This document shows, in pieces, positions 12,019 through 27,700 of a stretch of DNA of 64,000 nucleotides. The DNA is taken from positions 7,828,422 to 7,892,421 of the forward strand of contig NC_092678.1 of NCBI RefSeq assembly GCF_964355755.1. The letters run 5' to 3'. Origin of the DNA: Antedon mediterranea (taxonomy: Eukaryota; Animalia; Echinodermata). The notes below the pieces were generated by a model, which was given only the letters and a program-made list of their open reading frames with translations, made no database searches and was not told the DNA's origin. Position 1 is the first letter of the stretch, and the number at the start of each line of letters is the position of its first letter. The translations under genes and the position numbers were made by a program.

Positions 12019-15000
12019 GTATTGCATTAATTGTTATTTATGTAGATTTAGGCCAAAGACTGATTTCAGCTTCCCTTTGGTTCACCGCCGTGACTAACCC
12101 TGGCTGGGTCGTCTTATCTGCTGTGTTCAAAGTCGGCAAGCCCATAAACACTGCTCAGACGAACGTCGGGACGTTTTGTCTGGTGTGTCAGACACCTACA
12201 TTTGAAATCTACTTTCACCCGGGGGGAATGTTAGATTGGTAGTGGTAGATCTCTAATATTCATTTAACATTCTACCCTTTGTATAGCTGTTTTTATTACT
12301 GTTAAATTGATGAAGGCAAACACGTTAAAATGGACAATGTCAATGAAACAAAACACCACACACTCTGCAAGAAGCACTGACCCAACAACAACAGTCATCG
12401 CGAAATTTCAAAACTAAAAATAGGTTCCCATACAGTACCCTTAACATAATAAATAGTCAGCCTTTTGGCAGCTTGCATGTCATCCACTTGAGCCTAAATA
12501 TTAAATTGTCGCAAAAGGCTTACTCTAGGCCTAGGTTAGAATAGAATTGATGGCAAACAAATAGAAAAAAAAGTAGGAAGTAGAAGTATATAATAATCTG
12601 TTTCCATAAGGTTTATTGCAAATAGCTAGATTTTGCGAGGAACTTCATTGCACAATGCATGATGGGAAGGGTTTGGGAGCAAACGTCACAGCGTGTACGT
12701 ACAAACAACAAATTAAGTACACGTCGTGACGTTTGCTCCCAAACCCTACCCACCATGCGACGCGCACGCTATATGTAATAAACCTTATTCATCATGTAAT
12801 CAGAAGAAAATATGACTGAAAATCGAACCCACCCTCAGCAGATTCTCCCTCCGTTCCCAAACCACATCATCAGAACATCACTAACCTGGCAAGCGAGACA
12901 TTGCAAAAATGTACTTGAGTGTTTTTTTAACTGACTGGTCAGTGGGGAGGCGGGCTGTTAACATTCATTTTCTTAATCACAAAATATGTGCTATGGGGGA
13001 ATGGAAAACCAGTTCCAATTGAACCTTCACATACATTTGAACCTCCCGTCAGGACAGGAGGTTCTGCTGATAGAGGGCCAAAATCATGGTATTATGGCTA
13101 TGCATGCTATTTTTTAGCGTTCTTAACGCAACAGGCCTCTAAATTCTCCAGCTAATTGTATTTTATTGTTTATGATTAGGTGGTTTAGTATTATTTATGA
13201 TTATCAGACAAACTCTAAAAGCTTTTATCATACTGTATGAAAATGGTCAGTCAAAATCTGTGTAGTTTTCTCATCTCATCTAAAAAATACATGAATGTTC
13301 CAATATAAAACTATATAAAGCACAATAAGTATCAAATTCGGGTGACCACTTACAGAAGGTAATTCACCAGTAAAAAAATGGCTGTGGCCGCTTATGGGAG
13401 GTGACCACTTACAGTATAGTATAAACCATTACGGGTGGATCCGCTCCTAAAGGCTATCCATTTTGAAACATTGATTGATTGAAAAACCTGAACACTATTC
13501 CAAAAATACAGTTTAGGAATTTGTCAACCTTGGGCAAAGCACTAGGAGCTTGCTATTTGCATTGACCTTTGACCAAATGACCTACGCATATTTTGTTTGT
13601 TGTTGTCTAGACTTAGAGAATCCGACAAAACTATGTAGAGCAATCCTGTAAAGAAGAAAAAGCTCTGTATATTTGACGTGAATAAAATTGTATAATACAA
13701 ATAATGTTCGTTTATTTATGAGTGCAATGGTACAAATAATGTTTGTTTATGAGTGCAATGGTACAAATAATGTTATGAGGTGAAAGATGAAATTCTATTT
13801 TCACGAGGCAAAGCCCGAGTAAAAATAGAATTTCATATCTCACAGTTCTAATGAAATTATTGTAGCATCGCAAAAATATATGCAAAAACATGCATTATTT
13901 GTTTTAAATGTAACATCTAAAGTAGATTTGAGTCATTTTTCTGATCTTGTTGTGAAGGAGAGATCACGTCGTGCGCGTTGCTGCTTCCGTTCGCAGAACA
14001 ATTTAAACGATGCTACTACAGTATGTATAGATTTCACACATATTTTTTTTCATACGCGGGAAAATTTTAAAAAGTATTATTACACGATCATTAAATAGAA
14101 TGTACTATTGCATGCTATATATGACCTAAAATTATCCAATCAAATAACAGGAATTTATTTATGTGTTAGAAGATAATAAACATACATTATTTCAGTGTCC
14201 TTGATTCAGATTATTCTTACTCAGAGTCAGACTTGTGAATTGTCCTAATGGCCAATATAAACCATTCTAATAATGAATGTATTATTAGGTTGGACAAAAG
14301 AACATCTTTTTGTAAATTTGAAATAAAATGATCTTTAGCAATCAGGTTTTACTAATTGCCCTATAGTACTGTATGTAAAACAATGCATTTAAAGCTCTGT
14401 CACTATCAAACTAGTTTGACAAAAAAAGTGTGATGTGCCCAAATATGGTAGTGATATGCCTAGTAGTAGTAGTAATATGACATCATCATGTCCATGTGCA
14501 CATTTTTTGTCACATAAAGTTTGATAGGGTAGACAGTGCTTTAAAATTCGTACTTAAAACAATGTATGAATTTAATATGTATCAATTAATAAACTCTGAA
14601 AGTACTTCTGACCCTTACCACTGGTCATGTTGATACTCCAGCATTCGTATGAATGCGTGCAATAGGAACAAACATACAAGCACAGCCCATACAGCCATAT
14701 CAATATGTAATTTAAACTACAATTCCGGTCATTTTGATACCTCATTGTACAATGGATACACTGTAATAGCACAAAATTGTACAGATGTATACTGTTGGGT
14801 GTGGTATTCCACTACAGACAGATGTATACTGTTGGGTGTGGTATTCCACTACATACAGATGTATACTGTAGGTGTGGTATTCCACTACAGTTAGACTTTG
14901 GGTGTGGTGTACAATAGTTTTGCCAGATGTGGCTTATGCTATTAAGTGTAGAATTAATATTCAGGATTTACTGATGATAGGCTATGTTTTTTGAATTATT

Positions 15001-18000
15001 GAAATTTGGCTTGAACATACTAAGGTCGTGTTCGTACGGTGGTTAAAATAAGCGCTTAATTTCACCCATGCCTCGGGTTATAAATTGAGCGTTGTTCGTA
15101 CTTGAAATATTTAACCACTTATGCTTTAAATCGACGAATCACAAACCGGAAATTACGTTTTAAGGTCAGTTGTCTTTACAACCTACGACCCCATTTTCGC
15201 ACGCTAGTTTCGTGTTGTATATTTTTTACTCGCGATCTTTCTTTACAATAACAATTACTTGCTACCTTTTACACTGCTTATCCTTGCGACAAACCTTATG
15301 CCTCTTAACGCCGATAATCCTGCCGAAATATGCCTTCTCCTGACGACCATTATTTTACTCATTGACGAAGAATTTGAGCCCAATGTTACACGACGGAAAC
15401 ACCACCGACCAGCGGCTCCCCGACCAGCTAGGCCTACTAAGCGGTCTACACCAACAAGGACAGCACCAGCTGACGATCGCTCTCGAAGCGTGTATGGAAG
15501 AGCTTCGTAGGAGAAATGACGGGCCTAGGCAGCGAACGTTTGTCAAAATTTGACACATTGCCTCTATCGGAGATTTATTATCCTCGAAGGCCGAGTATAA
15601 TTGGATTATCGCTGAAATAACCTGCAAATTTGGTGAACATTTTACCTCGAATTTTTTGTAGCCTGAGGCAAAAGTTAATTGGATCACGCGAACGGAAATC
15701 GGGAATAAGCTGGTATTTTCAGCTCCTACGAACAGGCCCTAAGGTTTTCTACCAATTCGTACCATTGACTATCTTTATAAATACACAACATGAAAGGAAG
15801 GTCATTAACCTTATAGAAAAGCCAAAGTTCAGTAATGTTCGTGAATTAATGTCAACATTATACTTTACTTTTATTAATTACTGTAAACATTTGATACTAC
15901 AGTACTGTGTGTAAGTCAGTTTTATCACAGATTACAGACACAGTTTTAACACAGATGCACATTATTATGATTTTATTCCGGATAGCAAACATTGTACAGG
16001 GTCAGAACAGTGTGAAATACAGCAGAACTTTATGTTATGTATGGGACAGGTCCACCAGCTGTACTGTGGAACTAAACAGGGTTCTTACAAGCATGTCAGA
16101 AATACCGAGTTGGTTTACCCTCCCCATGCACTTATGTCGATGATAACCTCAAACAAATTAACCAATAAACAATGTGTTATTTTGGAGTATACTTAATTAC
16201 CTTTAAATTCAAATTTGATATTAAATTCTCTTAATGTTTTGTTTTGGTAACTGAAATGAATGAAAACACAAGTCTACCCACCCAAAAAATCTAGCGGTAA
16301 TTTTTCGATCGATGTATGCAACAGCAAAACAAACAAATTGCCAAAGTGAGGAAGTTAGATGTCATAGGCCGCTATATTGGATCCAAAATGTGGCTCCAAA
16401 TTCACTTTGGAATTGATGTTCAATCGCAGCATTTGCATCGGCTAATAGTATAATGTTTTGTCATATTAACAGCCATTAATGTTCATTGACGAGCGTCAAA
16501 AGAACATTAATTGCGGTCAAACCTGTTCATTGGTTGATTCGAAAAATACTGATTGTTCATTGGCCATCATCAAAATCATTGATGCATTACAAAATCATTG
16601 ATGCATTATAATACAAAATGTGTTAATTCATGTTCATTCTTTAAGCTATGTTATTCCATTACCTACAGTGAAGACATAAAGTTGTAACACTACCATCAAG
16701 CCGTAAGTCTGAACATAATTCTTTTTATATCTGTTTTTTCTTATCATTTCAGATAAAAAATGTTCAACAATTAATGATGTTGTACAAGGAGAACCTTGAG
16801 CAGCTCATCACACATTTTGGAGATGAGCAACATCCACCGTCAATATATGTGGAGGTAATGTATTGGTGTAGCTAGTGTGTCAAAAAGTGATTCCATGTGT
16901 CAAGAGGTGGTGTCCATGCCAACCTCCATCGAGAAATCCTTTGTAACATGATAAAATACGGTAGAATCCATATAGCACACTCTTCTATTCAGGAGGTACT
17001 CCTATTCAGGGGATATTACTATTCAGGGGATACTCACTATTCAGGGGATACTCCTCCTATTCAGGGGAGATACTCCTATTCAGGGGATATTACTATTCAG
17101 GGGATACTCCTATTCAGGGGACACTCCTATTCAGGGGACACTCCTACTCAGGGGACACTCCTACTCAGGGGACACTCCTATTCAGGGAATATTCCTATTC
17201 AGGGAATATTCCTATTCAGGGCACACTCCTATTCACGGCACACTCCTATTCACGGCACACTCCTATTCACGGCACAGTCCTACAGTACTCAGGGGATACT
17301 CCTACTTAGGGGATACTTCTACTCAGGAGATATTCCTATTCAAGAGATACTCATAATCAGGGCACATTCCTATTCAGGGCACACTCCTATTCATTCAGGG
17401 CACACTCCTATTCATGGCACACTCCTACTCAGGAGACATTCCTATACTTAGGGCACACTTCTTTATTCAGGGCACATTCCTATTCTAGGGATACTCCTAT
17501 TTTGGGGACACTCCTATTCAGTGGACACTTGTGAAGTGAACTAGGGATAATATATATTTTAACAATATGGCCTATTGATCTATTATTAGATTGTGAATGT
17601 GTCCTTTTAGATGTTCTACTATAATCATTGTCTGCTTTTTGCAGGAGTATGAGGACCTCACAGAGAAGCTGGACACTTTACAGCATCGAGAGCAAGAGTT
17701 AATGGAGAAGATGACGAATGATAAAACTAGCCTAGATGAACAATTGGTCTTTGGAGAACCTTCAGAAGCTCAGCTCTCCCCTGAGGCTATCCCAGAGGGC
17801 AAGCTCAACCAGAAGAGCATACCAATCAGGGTGTTTTTACCTGATCAACAACGTACTACAGTAAGTAATAATAAATCAAATAGAAATTTACTATGATCTT
17901 TATTTGTCATAATTATTTGCACTAAAATTGTCATTCCTTATAATATTTCCTTAAGCACTGTCTACACTACTGTATACAACTTTATGTGACAAAAACATGT

Positions 18001-21000
18001 GATATGCCTATGTTGGGCATGATGATGTCATATCCTTAACTGTATTTGGGCACACTTTTTGATAGTGTGGAACTTTCAAAATTATTCTACTGCAGTAACT
18101 AAATGTTGTATTCAACCATGCGATTATATAGATTATTTATTAAGATTAGTTAGAAGGGAGAATAATCATTATTGCAGAAAAACATTGATTAATTTTGATA
18201 TGATTCTTTACTATTTTTTAAAGATTCTGGCAAAACCTGGGATTCTACTCCAAGATGCCCTGAGCAAAGCCATGCGGAATAGAGAGCTAGACTGTACAAT
18301 GTGTTCTATATTCAAAATTAATCCTGACGGTACTAAATCTAGAATAGCATGGGACATTGATATGATGTACTTGGGACAAGGTGTAGATGAGGTAAGTATT
18401 CTTCCTTAAGCTTGGTTCCCACTAGGACGCTAAGGAAGGAAGTAAACGCAACGCGAGAGAGTTGACCAATGACAAGCAACAGTTTGAATAATTCATCGCC
18501 TATGATTGGTCAGATCCCTTATGTTGCGTTACGTTGTTTTGTGGCATCTGTAGTGGGAACCACGCATTAGTCTTGTTCACATTGTGCTATCGTGAGTTGG
18601 TAATCATGATGGTCTGTCATGATAATTGAACATGTGAAGTTGTTTAGGAATATCAAACCAAGTTCATTTCGTACTATGTGGTATTGGCTAAAAAGGTTGT
18701 ACTGTATTATGCAATGACTTGTCTTTCTAAAGCAAACTGCTGATTGATTGAGTTCCAGGATTTTCAAATAGAAAGAGGGTGGGGGTGGCAGGGGGCGGCG
18801 GATTGGTGGTTGACTTCAGACACTAACTATTTGTTTTGAGCCACAGGTGCCCATGTATGAAGTGAATGTTGGTATTAATGACACACCTAAATGTCTCCTG
18901 CACTATTTTGCAGTAAAAACTAGAAACTAGCCCAAATTAAAATTAAGCCATAATTACCCTTTGCCTCACACTAAAAAACATCCTTTAAAACTGTATTACT
19001 AAAAGCCAGGTGAGTGTTAGATTCAGTGACCTTTGACCTACAGACAACAGGAATGGTTTTAAGTCAACCTATACCTCTGGGACCCTGGGAATCTAAAGGA
19101 AAATTATTTAATTTGCACAATTTCATTACTGTAGGTTAGGTCACTGTAACATATCATTTGTGTATTTACATTTGCCCACTTTTATTGCTAGGGAAAGGGT
19201 TTTTTAAAACTTGTTTTGTTTCTATTTGCAAGTACTGCAGAAATAGGTCTCACAAAGATACACAAAATTAATTAATTATATGGTTTTAAATACCTTAATC
19301 AATTCTGTCGAAACGTTATTTGTTTTTATAGAGACATTTTAAACATCATGTATTACTTTGAATAAGGGAATATATTTGTTTCCATGTTTTTATTCAATAA
19401 AAAAAGATTACAGTACATGACTATTTAGTATTAATTATTCATTCATTTATTTCCTTCATACACATACATACATTAAAAATAAACCCAATTTCTTAGATAA
19501 ATAATAAAATGAAGGAGGCACGGAAAGCAAACAAAAACAATACAATAGTATCGCAATTGAATGACTGTGGTTGATCAAGCGTTCAATAGTGCTTTACAAA
19601 ACTTACTTTCTGAGAACATCTCCGATATAAATATCCCAACCACTGTAAATCCATATATGATTGGTTCAAATTCTGATAGTGTTAGTTCATGTATGTCAAA
19701 ACATCGTCTGTCTGACATCAATAAAGGCCAAAACAATTCTTTTTAATAGCTCAGTCATACTATCGCTTATGATATTTATATCTCTTACCAACTCTATGTC
19801 TAAAGCTTAACATTTCTAATGCACAGATGATAGTAAATTAAGTGGGTGTCTACTGATACACACTTTTTAAGATATTTTGAAAAAACCACCGCGAATACTG
19901 AGGATTGCGCAAGTGTATTTTCTTTCTTTCATCAATCATCAACTATCTTACTTTAAACGTTTTGGATATTTTAATCATTCCACAACAAGTTTTGAATGGC
20001 TATCCATCTGGATTTAGTGAGGCTTCGTAGGCCGGAGTTGATGCGGGACCTTTCAGAAACAAAACAAATTTTTATATGCAAATCATACTATTGTCGCGCA
20101 AAAACGACTAGATTCAACAAAGGTGTTGTGGTTTTCTGGTTAAATTTGGATGCTTAAAAAACTATGTTAACACAAGCATTTATCCCAATTATCCAATAGA
20201 AAATGTGTTTGACCTAAGGTTAATAATAATTAACTACAGTACTATGCAGACTTTAATCATTATTTTTATAAAAACGTATTATTACCGTACATAGCTTATC
20301 ATTAATTTCCATGCATAATGCTCAATTTAATGCAATTAGTAGAGTGTAATCACATTAATACGATGTGCAGCCTTTATGTTTAACATTGTAATGTATGCAT
20401 TTTTCAATTAAATTATACAATAAATTTGAAATTAAGCTTATTCAATTTAAAATAGTAATTATGAAATGACATGCAATAAAAAAAAAAACAGTTTTGTTGA
20501 TAGATTATGTTAACTGTATCAAAAAAACAAAAACAAAGATTGAATTCACTATAACAGCACATATTCTTGCGATTCTCCCAACAATATTATTGTGCATTGA
20601 CGAGGTCTGTACTTTGACACTGAATTAAATTGCAAAGTGCATTGCATTTAAGCTTTGGGCTGACCTTGGAAAAATATCTAGATCTAGTTTTACCAGGTCA
20701 GTTCAAACCAGGTTCAATCTGTCTATATTATTAGATCTCTGTGCTATTTTGATACAGATCAGATTCCTACTTGTTATTTCTACTACTATTTTTTTTACAC
20801 TGTATATTTTAATTGCAAATTCAATTTTTGCACTCGCGTTTTTCTTTCTCTCCTATTCTCGCTATTTCTTCTTTCCTTGTCATTCTGCCAGCTGCCTTGC
20901 TAGCATCCGACCTTGAAATTAGAGCTTAATCAACCAATAGAATTACCTAAACAATAGCTGATCTGTTTCTGGCTGACTGACTGCTATTGTAAAATGTCTT

Positions 21001-24000
21001 TAGAATGTTAACTATTATTATAGTACTGTTCCTTTTTGTTCCTTTTCTTCATACAACCTTTATAAACATTAGCAATGTTGAAAGGAGAGAGTATAGAGTT
21101 AATTTTCTTAATCTGCCTTAACACCTGTACAATATAAGATCATAACTTGTCAATGTTGTAGAAACCAGGCAAGCCTGGTCAAAACTTAGTTTTGTCCGAA
21201 AAAATGAGTGAAACTGTATAGTATGCAGTTACATAATTTGCAATAAAATAATAATAATGACATTGCTCAATATATTTGACAAAAAGACCAAATAAAAAGC
21301 TTTCGCTTATCTAAATTTGGCCTTGTAATAATACAAATTAATTATGTAACAACAGACAGTAGATACTAAATGAATACAATACAATTAAAACAAAAATAAA
21401 AAAATAAATAAAAATATAAGATGTCACTGAATAGCAATATAACTAGCTACAGTAGGCATAGTGTAATATAGAAAGTCCAGAGTTTACACACCGGGGAACA
21501 TATGTACAGTGTTCTTGGTTTATCTTCAGACTCGCATCTTTAAGCTAACCACTTGGACGCAATGCAAGAAAGTACTGCACAAGTCCACTGTAAGTTAGTA
21601 ATTTGACCAATCACAAATAAACATACAGCGGAGGCCAGGTTAATAATAACTATAATGTATTCGTTTATATAGGGTTTATATAAGATATTCAAATGACGCT
21701 TTCCCCATATTACTCTGGTTATTTTTATCAAACACGTATAGAAAAATAACTAATGTTGTAGCCAGTAATAATAAAATAAGCACATTTGGTGCTGTGACCT
21801 AATCAGATACCCATTTGTACACCTGGGTGTAGAGAGCCAAATTGTCATTCCTAAGGACACAGGCATTGTGATGAACATGTATTGGATCTGCCAGCACACT
21901 ATATGCCAAACGGTCTCAGTCTCACTCAGTCATATGGTTTAAAAATGCTATCCCTTGATGCATCAGTTTTTGTCAGCCAATGAATAGGCATGACCACGAT
22001 CAGTGATTTTTACCCCAGCCAATGAAATTCAACATACATTATTATTATTTAATGGTATTATAATATAAGGACCATGATCAGTTATATTGACTTCTTTGAA
22101 TTTCATAATCTGTCTAAACAGACTAGCCTTTCTTTTTGAATGCCTTATGTGTAAACAGAGCCTTTCTTTTTGAATGCCTTATGTCTAAACAGAGCCTTTC
22201 TTTTTGAATGCCTTATGTCTAAACAGAGCCTTACATTCCTTTTTAGCCTGTCTGCTGAGTTTATTCAACTTCAATTTGTTTTGCCTACTTTTAGATGACA
22301 TTTGAATTTGCAGCATTGATGAATCACTACGGAAACATCGCGAGTATTTCACTTTCACTAGTGTTAACAATTTAATTAGGAGAAATTAAACAAATTATGG
22401 AATTAATAATTATGATTGTATCGCCAAAATACTGTATCATGATAACTGTATTTTACCATACAAAATGATAGTCTGTAAAGACAATAGCTATATTAAACAA
22501 CATCATCATGATAGATTTTATATCCCCTGCTCTAACATCCAGGCACTTTTTGTTGCGTTGATTCCTGCTAACTCAGCAGTTGTATTTATCTAGCTGATTG
22601 CACACCTTGGAACTATTACACCAAAGGGTGTAGCCTAACAAAAGAACTTGGTGTGCGTAAATGTGTAGAGAGGTAACAATGGGACACGAAAGACCAGAGC
22701 CTCGCATTCCCTCCTCTAACCACATTTTGCAATGGGAAATTATATAATAATTCACTAAAATTTATTGATATTTTTTTCAATCTAGTCTTTTTTTAAAGAT
22801 TTAATTGGTGGCTATTTTTTAAAACTGAAAATAATTGTTAATGTTAAATTGTTCATTTTAAACTCTTGATTCAATATTATTATTATATTGTTTTTGCGCA
22901 TTGCACAATGTTTTTTAAGGGTGCAATGTTTTTTTCTTCCCATACATAAAATGTTTATAATATTACTTTGTTGTTGTACAATGACATAGAACTTGCTTTT
23001 TGAAAAAAAAGAGAAAAAAACCAAATTCAATTTAATTACCATGAAGAATTTGTTTTCTTGTAGCTTTTTGTCGAGAAACTTGAGCAGTTTCCAGCAACTA
23101 GAAGCATATCACATAATTACGTAAGTAATTGAACAATGATAACATTTATGGTGTTAAATAATATTTGAAATACATAGAATTTTGTCCATAAACTATAAAA
23201 ATATTAAAGGCAACGAAGGAACCAAGTGTAACAATGTGGATTTTGTGTGGTATGCTGTACAGTACCTCAAAGGTCAAAGGGCACGAATTTTTTTCTCGTT
23301 GGATTAAAAATAATGAAGATTTGACATTTCGCTCTTTTTTGGCAATGTCCGCGTTTTATAAATGATGGCAAACAGTAGATAGATTTATTCTTGATGACCT
23401 ATTCAGTATAAGACAGAGCACAGTATACAGGACTAATATATGATCAGTATTAAAAGACGTTTCCTCTACTCTTTTTATGAAAAGTGCATCAAGTTGTTTA
23501 TTGTTCACATAGGCAATGTCTATTTACACAGAACCAACAGCTTTATGTTTCATCCAAAGGACAAGGCAATGAGAGTATCGTGCCTAAGCATACTAGCATC
23601 ATCATCATCATCAATTTAGATGTTTAAACACAGAGTACTACTATGACATCAATATGCGCTGTTATATTCACTTAATAAACATCTGTTTTAATTTTTAACC
23701 AACAGGTTAGGAAGACTTTTTACACACTTGCATTTTGTGATGCATGTCAAAAGTTACTATTCCATGGATTCAAGTGTTTGACCTGTAGCTACAAGTTCCA
23801 TCAAAGATGTGCAAGCAAAGTACCAACTGTGTGTGTCTCACCTGGTGCGGAAAACTTCTACAAAATGTAAGGCAAAATTAATTAACTCATTTTCTAGTGA
23901 TTCGGTATTTTCCCGTCTACAGAAACAGGTCCTTTCAAAAAAATAACCGATCTTTAATACTGTTTTAAAGGCCACAATTGATTCCAGTCTCGATTGTCAA

Positions 24001-24711
24001 AACCAAATTTAATAACCTTTTTATGTGAAGTGGTTTTTAGCTGTAATTCTGCCGCACGTAAACAATCCGCGGGAAACAAAAAATGTACATTAACGTAACT
24101 GCTAAACGCTGCTGTTATGCAATTGAGTAGAATATTGACGTCATTCGTTAAAGTTAAGGTTTACATGCTCATGCAAAAACAATCAACCATGAATGATTTC
24201 CAAATAAGAAACTAGTTTTGTTTTCAGTAAAAATTAGGCTGCCGCAAGAAGTTTATCAGGGTTCCCACCAACATGTCATTAGTGGTGGTTGCCAAAACTA
24301 GACTTGACTCTGATGTCAATGCGGCCCACGTCTCGTCTGCGTACATCCGGATAAATTTGGCTAACCAGTGCAGAGGACGGCTACAAAATTTGTCATCTCC
24401 TAGCCTAGATAGGATTTTAAGGCGGCGGCAATTTTAATATAGTGATGTGATGACAATGGTGTTTATTAACCCTACGAACCACCCTACGATCGATGAGTAG
24501 ATAATTATAATAACAATACTGTACATCGTAGTAGGTACTAACAATAGGCTACTATCTACCTACACGTAAATATAGTGGTGGTCTTAATGCTGTTTCTGAT
24601 TTAGGCTAATTTAAATACAAGCATGGGTATGCGAGTTTGGTGTAAGGCCAAAAAAAAATAAAAAATGTGTTGTCCACGTTTTGGGTAAATCCCAAAAATG
24701 GGTAGGTCGGT

Positions 24712-24745
<34 letters not shown>

Positions 24746-27700
24746 CCAAAAAATGTGTTGTCGGCAAAAAAATAAATAATTTACACAAATGATAAAAAAA
24801 AAAGACTTTACTTTTAAAAACACTTTTCATAGCACCCTATGCTCACGCTAGCTATAAATAATGTTTCAACAAAAGTTTAAAAAAGGTTTATTAAATAAAC
24901 GTATGCTTTTCTAGGCATGGACTACAGTAGGCCTCTAGGCCTAGCCCTAGCCATTTTTAAAGCCAAAAACAATCAAGATCGAAATAAACTATTTCAGTGT
25001 TATATGCTACATTACGCGAGTTAACATTATTCCAGATGAAAAATATTGAGTTTCATATTGTTTTATCCATACGTAATTACACTTGCATTAAAGATATAAC
25101 ATTAAAATGTAGGCCTTTATGAGCCATATTTCGCCGATTTATTATCGCGGGGAAATTCCCCACCAGGAGAGACATCAATCGATCGCGAGGATTAGGCCTC
25201 TAGGAGGCCTAGGCTAGAGGCCTAACGTGCATGCTGGAACGGGTGGACTATCGCTATATAAATAACAAGTTTGAACAAAAGAGCTTACGACAATCTTTAG
25301 GTAAATTTTTATTAAATGCAAAGGCCTACTTGCTTGGCGACTCATTTAACAAGTTCGTAATCATCGTAGTACTCTGTACAGTAAAACCAAAAAACACCGC
25401 ATCAACAACCTCGTGCGATTTACGATCTGTTGTTCTTTGCAGATCAACATTGGTAGAGTCCATTAATTATGAGGGTGTTAAAAAATGTGATAACTATTAA
25501 AAACGTGTCTCAACCACTGTGTAATCAAAGCGTTTATTTAGTTACAACTTCGTTCCCCCCAAAATTGATAATCGCGTATTCCGGTTATCACATGTTTGAG
25601 TCACTGTTGGTTGCAAACTTCTTTTTTACACGGCGGAGGTGAAATTTGGCGAATAAGACAATATATTTTCACTATTTGGTTTCACGATTGCCGACCTTCA
25701 TTTTTGTCACTTTAGGGTCGGTCGGGCGTGGCCAACACAATACATTTTTTTTTTGGCCTAATGGTTATGTAACAAGCCTTTCAACAATTAACAATAGCTT
25801 CAGTTGACTAACAATAGAACAGCAACGCGAAAATCCAACGAGTGAATTTGAAAAGAAATAGTTTTTTTTTTAAACTACTCGCATCAAAAAACGTGCACAT
25901 TAAATAAAATTATGTTTTAAAATTACAAATCAGAAATTATAACTCTTGCCTCTTGTACAAAAATGAAGTTTTTTGGACAAGTAGTTTTCGAGAAAATGCA
26001 ATTAGAGTTTACTTGTTACTTTAAGACTGCTCGCCGGCTTTTGAAAAATTTTGTCCTATCTTTTAACACTAGCAGGTCTGAAAAGTATACTAAAAAGTGG
26101 TCCAGAATTGGGACTGTGGTCCGAAATGGTCCCAAAATTTAATGGAACATGGTCCTTGACCACATATCTTTCTGTACATTCATTTTTGTAAAGACCTTAA
26201 GACTTTTTGAGTAATCCTGCTAACAAACAAACAAACAGAAAGACAAACAAACACACGAGATCGATTACATATACCTCCTTGGCGGAGGTAAATTACTAAA
26301 CCTAAATTAAGGTTTTTGGAATTCTTTGTGGGATTTGATTCATTTATTTTTATCTAATTTTTGTTATGGAAAAATATCTATTTACGAATTTTTGTTTTAC
26401 TTTACTAAATTTTACACTTGATTAAATGTACCTGGCTATTGAAAAACACCATGCCTGGATTATTCAGTTTATTTTTAGGCACTTATTACGTCAATGTTTT
26501 TATCACACTGTGAAATTCACAACAGCTTTTTGAAGGTTTAAAACACTTTACTCAAATGCAAATCACAAACATTAATCCTGGTTACTGTAGCGCAGTAATA
26601 TCCAGTCTACATCTATATTTACTATAGCATAGTGATACAGTACCTAATAAATATTCAAGTTAGAGCATAGTGGTACCCAATCTCTAGGTTACTATAGCAT
26701 AGTGGTACCCAATTTCTAGGTTACTATAGCATAGTGGTTCCCAAAAAATATCTAGTTTTACTATAGCACAGTAATACCAAATATCCAGGTTACTATAGCA
26801 TATTGGTACCCACTAAATACCCAGGTTACTAGCATAGTGGTTCCCAAAAAATATCTACGTTTACTATAGCACAGTAATACCAAATATCCAGGTTACTATA
26901 GCATAGTAGTACCCAATAAATACCCAGGTTACTAGCATAGTGATACACAATAAATACATAGGGGTGGGTCTATAGCATAGTGGTGCCAAATAAATACCCA
27001 GGTTACTATAGCATAGTGGTGCCAAATAATACCTAGGTTAACATAGCATAGGTTACCCTATAAATACCCAGGTTACCCTATAAATACCCAGGTTACTATA
27101 GCATAGTGGTACCCAATAGATACACAGGGTACTATACTGTAGCATAGTGGTGCCAAATAAATGCCCAGGTTAATATAGCATAGAGGCACCCGATAAAAAC
27201 CCAGGGTACTATTGCATAATGCCGCTACCCAATCTCAAAGTTACTATAGCATAGTGGTAACCAATTTAACATAGTGATACTCAATCTCCAAGTTGCTATA
27301 GCACAGTGGTATCCACCTATATCCAACTATAGTGTAGTGTTGTTTTAATATCCAGGCTACTATACCATGTTATTTGTTACCCAATTGATATCAATTTTCT
27401 ACTATAGCACACATGCACCAAATACAGTGGCCTCTCCTGGTTACTAGAAAATTGATTACCAAATTAATAAGGTAATATAAGATAGGACAGTGGTACCTAA
27501 TCCATGTTTTTAGTCGCGTGGACGCAACTCTATAGTTCACTATGTCGGTCGGTCTGTCTGTCGGTCCGGTATCACTATGCGTTTTAGCACGCGACTTATG
27601 GCTGTTGGCCTGTTCTACAGCACAGTAGTGTCCAACCTACAGTATACATCTAGACTAAATTGATTAACAGTGCCTACTCTACTATGCTATTATAGCACAG

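Noticed and set aside
16897-17451. 184-aa ORF
   Set aside because: It is a translation of the 17-bp minisatellite
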